A stretch of 64,000 nucleotides of DNA from Basidiobolus meristosporus CBS 931.73. Lineage: Eukaryota; Fungi; Basidiobolomycota. Numbering within the stretch: position 1 is the stretch's first letter; each line of letters opens with the position of its first letter. The notes beneath the pieces are model-generated. The model saw only the letters and a program-made list of their open reading frames with translations. It was not told where the DNA came from and did not search any database. The DNA is taken from NCBI GenBank assembly GCA_002104905.1, contig MCFE01000498.1, forward strand, positions 1 to 64,000, given 5' to 3'. A program made the translations under genes and the position numbers. This document shows, piece by piece, positions 60,944 to 64,000 of this stretch.

Positions 60944-62844
60944 TTGTGGTGTATTATCAAGTATTCACCGTCACATAAATCACGCAGCAGTTGTTGTATC
61001 CCTATCCCAATGGCATTAGAAGCCAGCAGTTACAAGGAGCATTGGAAAAATTTTGGCGTTTACCTGGCAACAGTGGCAGGTGTAACAAAACGCAGCTATT
61101 GCTCAATGACCATTACCCCATCTATGAGATACTTGCTATTATATGGAGGGTATTCTGTTGAGCACTTTCAAGACAGCAAAATATCCCCACCTTATGATGA
61201 GCGTATAGCTGAAGAAACATCCAGCTGTGGAATACTCTATGAGCCCAGTTCAAAGGTTCAAATGATTCACCTTGCAGATCTACATGGTGATGAAGACATC
61301 ACAGTGACAGTTCTCCCAACTCCAGACAACATATCAACTACAGAGGCAGCCAAAGGGGTGATTTTAATTGGCAACAGCTGTGCTAGTGACCACAAGAATC
61401 TCTACATATATGGTGGTTTTGAGCTGAGCCGTAGAGAATACTCAGGGCAACATGGAAGTGCCAAAAAATGGGGGAAAAAAGCAATACAAAGCAAGAGTGG
61501 GGAGACAATCAATAGAAGACTGAGCAAGCTGGAGGTAATCACGTACAAAGATGGCAATGGATGCTCCAGAGTATTGGAGACAAGGCCATTCTTGAATAAT
61601 CCGGCAAATATGCCTTCAGCAAGAGGTTGGGCAGTTCTTACGTATGCATTTGATTGTTTATTCTTGCTGGGCGGCTATCCTACACCATTGGAACCACCTT
61701 ATACCCAACCAAATGGGAGTTTTTTAAACAAGTTCTACTGTTTAAAATTGCAAACTGGTGATTGGCAAAGATGATATGTACACTCAGCAATACAGGAGCT
61801 TGGAGAAAACTTTATTGCTGTGGTAAACAAGTATGGCAACAAAATCCAATACATCAACAATGCAAATGTTACATTCACCTATGATGTCAATAATCAGATC
61901 TAGATTTACCCTCCCAATCCAAGTCCGGAAGAAATGAGTACAAAGCAGCTACTAGGGCGCCTTCTTAATGAATTGGCAGCAATCTCTCAGCGGCACAAGA
62001 GGGAAGGCGAAGGAAGTGCTGAGACTGCAAATATCTTGCGGCATAGTGCCCATGGTCTTACTGTCCCACTTAAGAACCATCAAGCATTTGGCATACAATG
62101 GCTGATGTATACAGAGGCCATCCATAAAGGAGCATTGCTTGCCAATTCCATGGGACTTGGAAAGACATTGCAGATATTAAGTCTCATATTGGAGACACCT
62201 GAGCAAAGGCCAAATCTTATTGTTGTCACGCTTGGAATACTTCTCAATTGGGTGATGGAGATAAAGACAAAAACAAGGATATCCAATGAAGAGCTTCACG
62301 TATTTCATGGAAAATTCCAAGCTATCAAGTAGTCAGATATGGAGACTAAGAGGATCGTGCTCACCACCTACCACACACTATGTGTTGAAGCAAGGAACCC
62401 TGATTTGCCTATATGGAATGTGAAATTTGGCCAAATAGTGGCCAATGAGGCAGATACACTTAAGAACTACAAAGGTGGTAGCTTAAATGCAGTGAGTAAA
62501 ATTGATGGAGAATCCTTGATACTTGTCACTGCCACCCCATTCCAAAATGAGATTATGGATCTTTATTCATATTTCACATTATTCAATCTATGGGAAGGCA
62601 TTCCAAAGGATTTCCATTGACTCCTACTTGAGGAGGCCAATGCAAACGGGCTAGTTGAATGGGTTGTAGAAAGACTTGGCCCATTAATATTGAGACGCAT
62701 TCCAGAGTCGCAAATACTTGGAGAACGCGCAGTATCCATGCCTAGTATTCAAGAGCAGATTGTCTTGTGCCAATTCTTGCCGGAGGAGCTGCAGGAGTAC
62801 AAACAACTGCAGTCAAGTCTTCCAGAGGAAGTCGGTTGGATGGG
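60944..62844 (+). pseudogene. Kelch-repeat plus SNF2-family helicase (N-terminal lobe) pseudogene, truncated by E6
   Basis: ORFs 60944, 61934 and 62339 share one frame, separated by TGA/TAG stops. Kelch motifs LYIYGG, PSARGW..L and LLGG; SNF2 motifs A(N)SMGLGKT, IVLTTY, (N)EA, TATPFQN and LILRR. Confidence 0.8.
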
Positions 62845-63097
62845 TTAGGGGGAGACAGTCACCAAAAGGTGAAATCTTTATTTCAGTTGAAACAAAGAAG
62901 CCAGCGCTACTGTTGTAGCTTTGATACAAGAGTGTGTAGCTGAGGGGAATTTGTAGGTAAGTTAATAAGAAGTGATGATAGTTCTTCAGTGCTCAAGACA
63001 CTGTTCAGTGGGAAGGGGTAGCAAGAGAGGTAAGAATGACTTGTGAACAACATTAATGAGGGAATGTGATAAGGATTGATATTCATCATAAAGGGAG
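62845..63097 (-). mobile_element. 5'-truncated non-LTR RT element (E6)
   Basis: GGGTTAGGGGG junction at 62842. Near-identical to the first ~250 bp of E7. Confidence 0.88.
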
Positions 63098-64000
63098 TAG
63101 GGGGAGACAGTCACCAACAGGTGAAATCTTTATTTCAGTTGAAACAAAGAAGCCAGCGCTACTGTTGTAGCTTTGATACCAGAGTGTGTAGCTGAGGGAA
63201 TTTGTAGGTAAGTTAATAAGAGTGATGATAGTTCTTCAGTGCTCAAGACACTGTTCAGTGGGAAGGGGGGTAGCAAGAGAGGTAAGAATGACTTGTGAAC
63301 AACATTAATGAGGGGAATGTGATAAGGATTAATATTCATCACAAAGGGAGTGTGCTGCTGCAGATATTGCTGCCAAAGGTCTGTCAAGTACTTCAGGTAG
63401 GCCAGCTTGGGTTTTTCTGACTGCAGAATAAATTCAGCAAACTTCTTGACTTCAGGATCTCCAAGTATAGTTCTCCAGCAGGAGCCAGGTGTTGTGTGGT
63501 GTGTTCTCTTCCAGGCCTTAATCAGTGGGTTGTTGCAGTTGTGAAGTCTGAGGTATAATCTGGTTCTAAGGTAGAGAAGTCTGATCTTATAGGGCATAAA
63601 CCCAAAAGCACCAAGAATAGCATGTCTGTAGGGGCATTCAGGCAAATGAGGCACCAAGGAGGTAATGCACCATACTGCAAACTTGTCAAGCTTAGTGCAG
63701 TCTCTAGAAGTAAGAGAGAGAAGTGGTAAGCCAAATTCCAGGACAGGGAAGACAAACTGCTTGAGTAGAAGGAGGCAGCTGGGAGCTGAAGTTGTAGGAG
63801 GAGTAACAGCCAGTAGCTTGTGGAGTGCCTGTCTTGCCAGGAGAATTCTCTTCTTCAGGTGTGATCCAGAGTCTAGTCCAGTAGGAAGGAAAGGAAAGCC
63901 AAGATATGTAGCAGAAACCTGAGCAGGTAGAGTGGAGTTCTCCAAGTTGATGGGAGAGCCCAAAGGTACTGTCTTTGCAATGGAAAGCTGGAGATTATTC
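63098..64000 (-). mobile_element. Non-LTR RT element (E7), C-terminal/thumb region; runs off the window
   Basis: ORF 63130-63963 (YLGFPF...LLKQFVFPVLEFG...GAFGF) is roughly half-identical by eye to the E5 C-terminus. It has the same 3'-end motif. Confidence 0.88.

Noticed and set aside
60944-61774. Kelch ORF as a RAG2-like transposon gene
   Set aside because: There is no RAG1/Transib transposase or TIRs nearby, and the frame continues into SNF2.

Overview
Intron-containing fungal genomic DNA. An early-diverging, non-Dikarya fungus is inferred from gene content (Slo/BK channel, GH89), intron style and CpG-decayed repeats. About 4.5-52.9 kb is a gene-dense arm segment: CBM21 PP1-targeting subunit, BK/Slo-type K+ channel, MCR1, SEC21, a mucin-like secreted protein, IPA1/UBE3D, IST3, DRS2, a WSC sensor, PPX1, UTP7, NUP57, an M14 carboxypeptidase and a GH89 NAGLU. 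Two local expansions sit within it: four Ser/Trp-repeat secreted mini-proteins in a ~1.9-kb inverted duplication, and three tandem SPRY/SSH4-like receptor genes. Piles of nested ~345-bp copia solo LTRs lie at 43-1089 and 7.5-9.0 kb. From ~53.5 kb to the window end the sequence is CpG-depleted repeat DNA. It holds seven same-orientation non-LTR RT element 3' ends, each starting on the + strand with TTAGGG(GG)-like sequence followed by a conserved stem-loop and AATAAA. These elements cut off a copia element and a Kelch-SNF2 pseudogene, and neither resumes in the window. This telomere-repeat-primed, end-healing-like retroelement array is the strongest candidate for a novel system. The Ser/Trp peptide cluster is second. 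Gene coordinates are spans that include introns, and exon borders were judged by eye.
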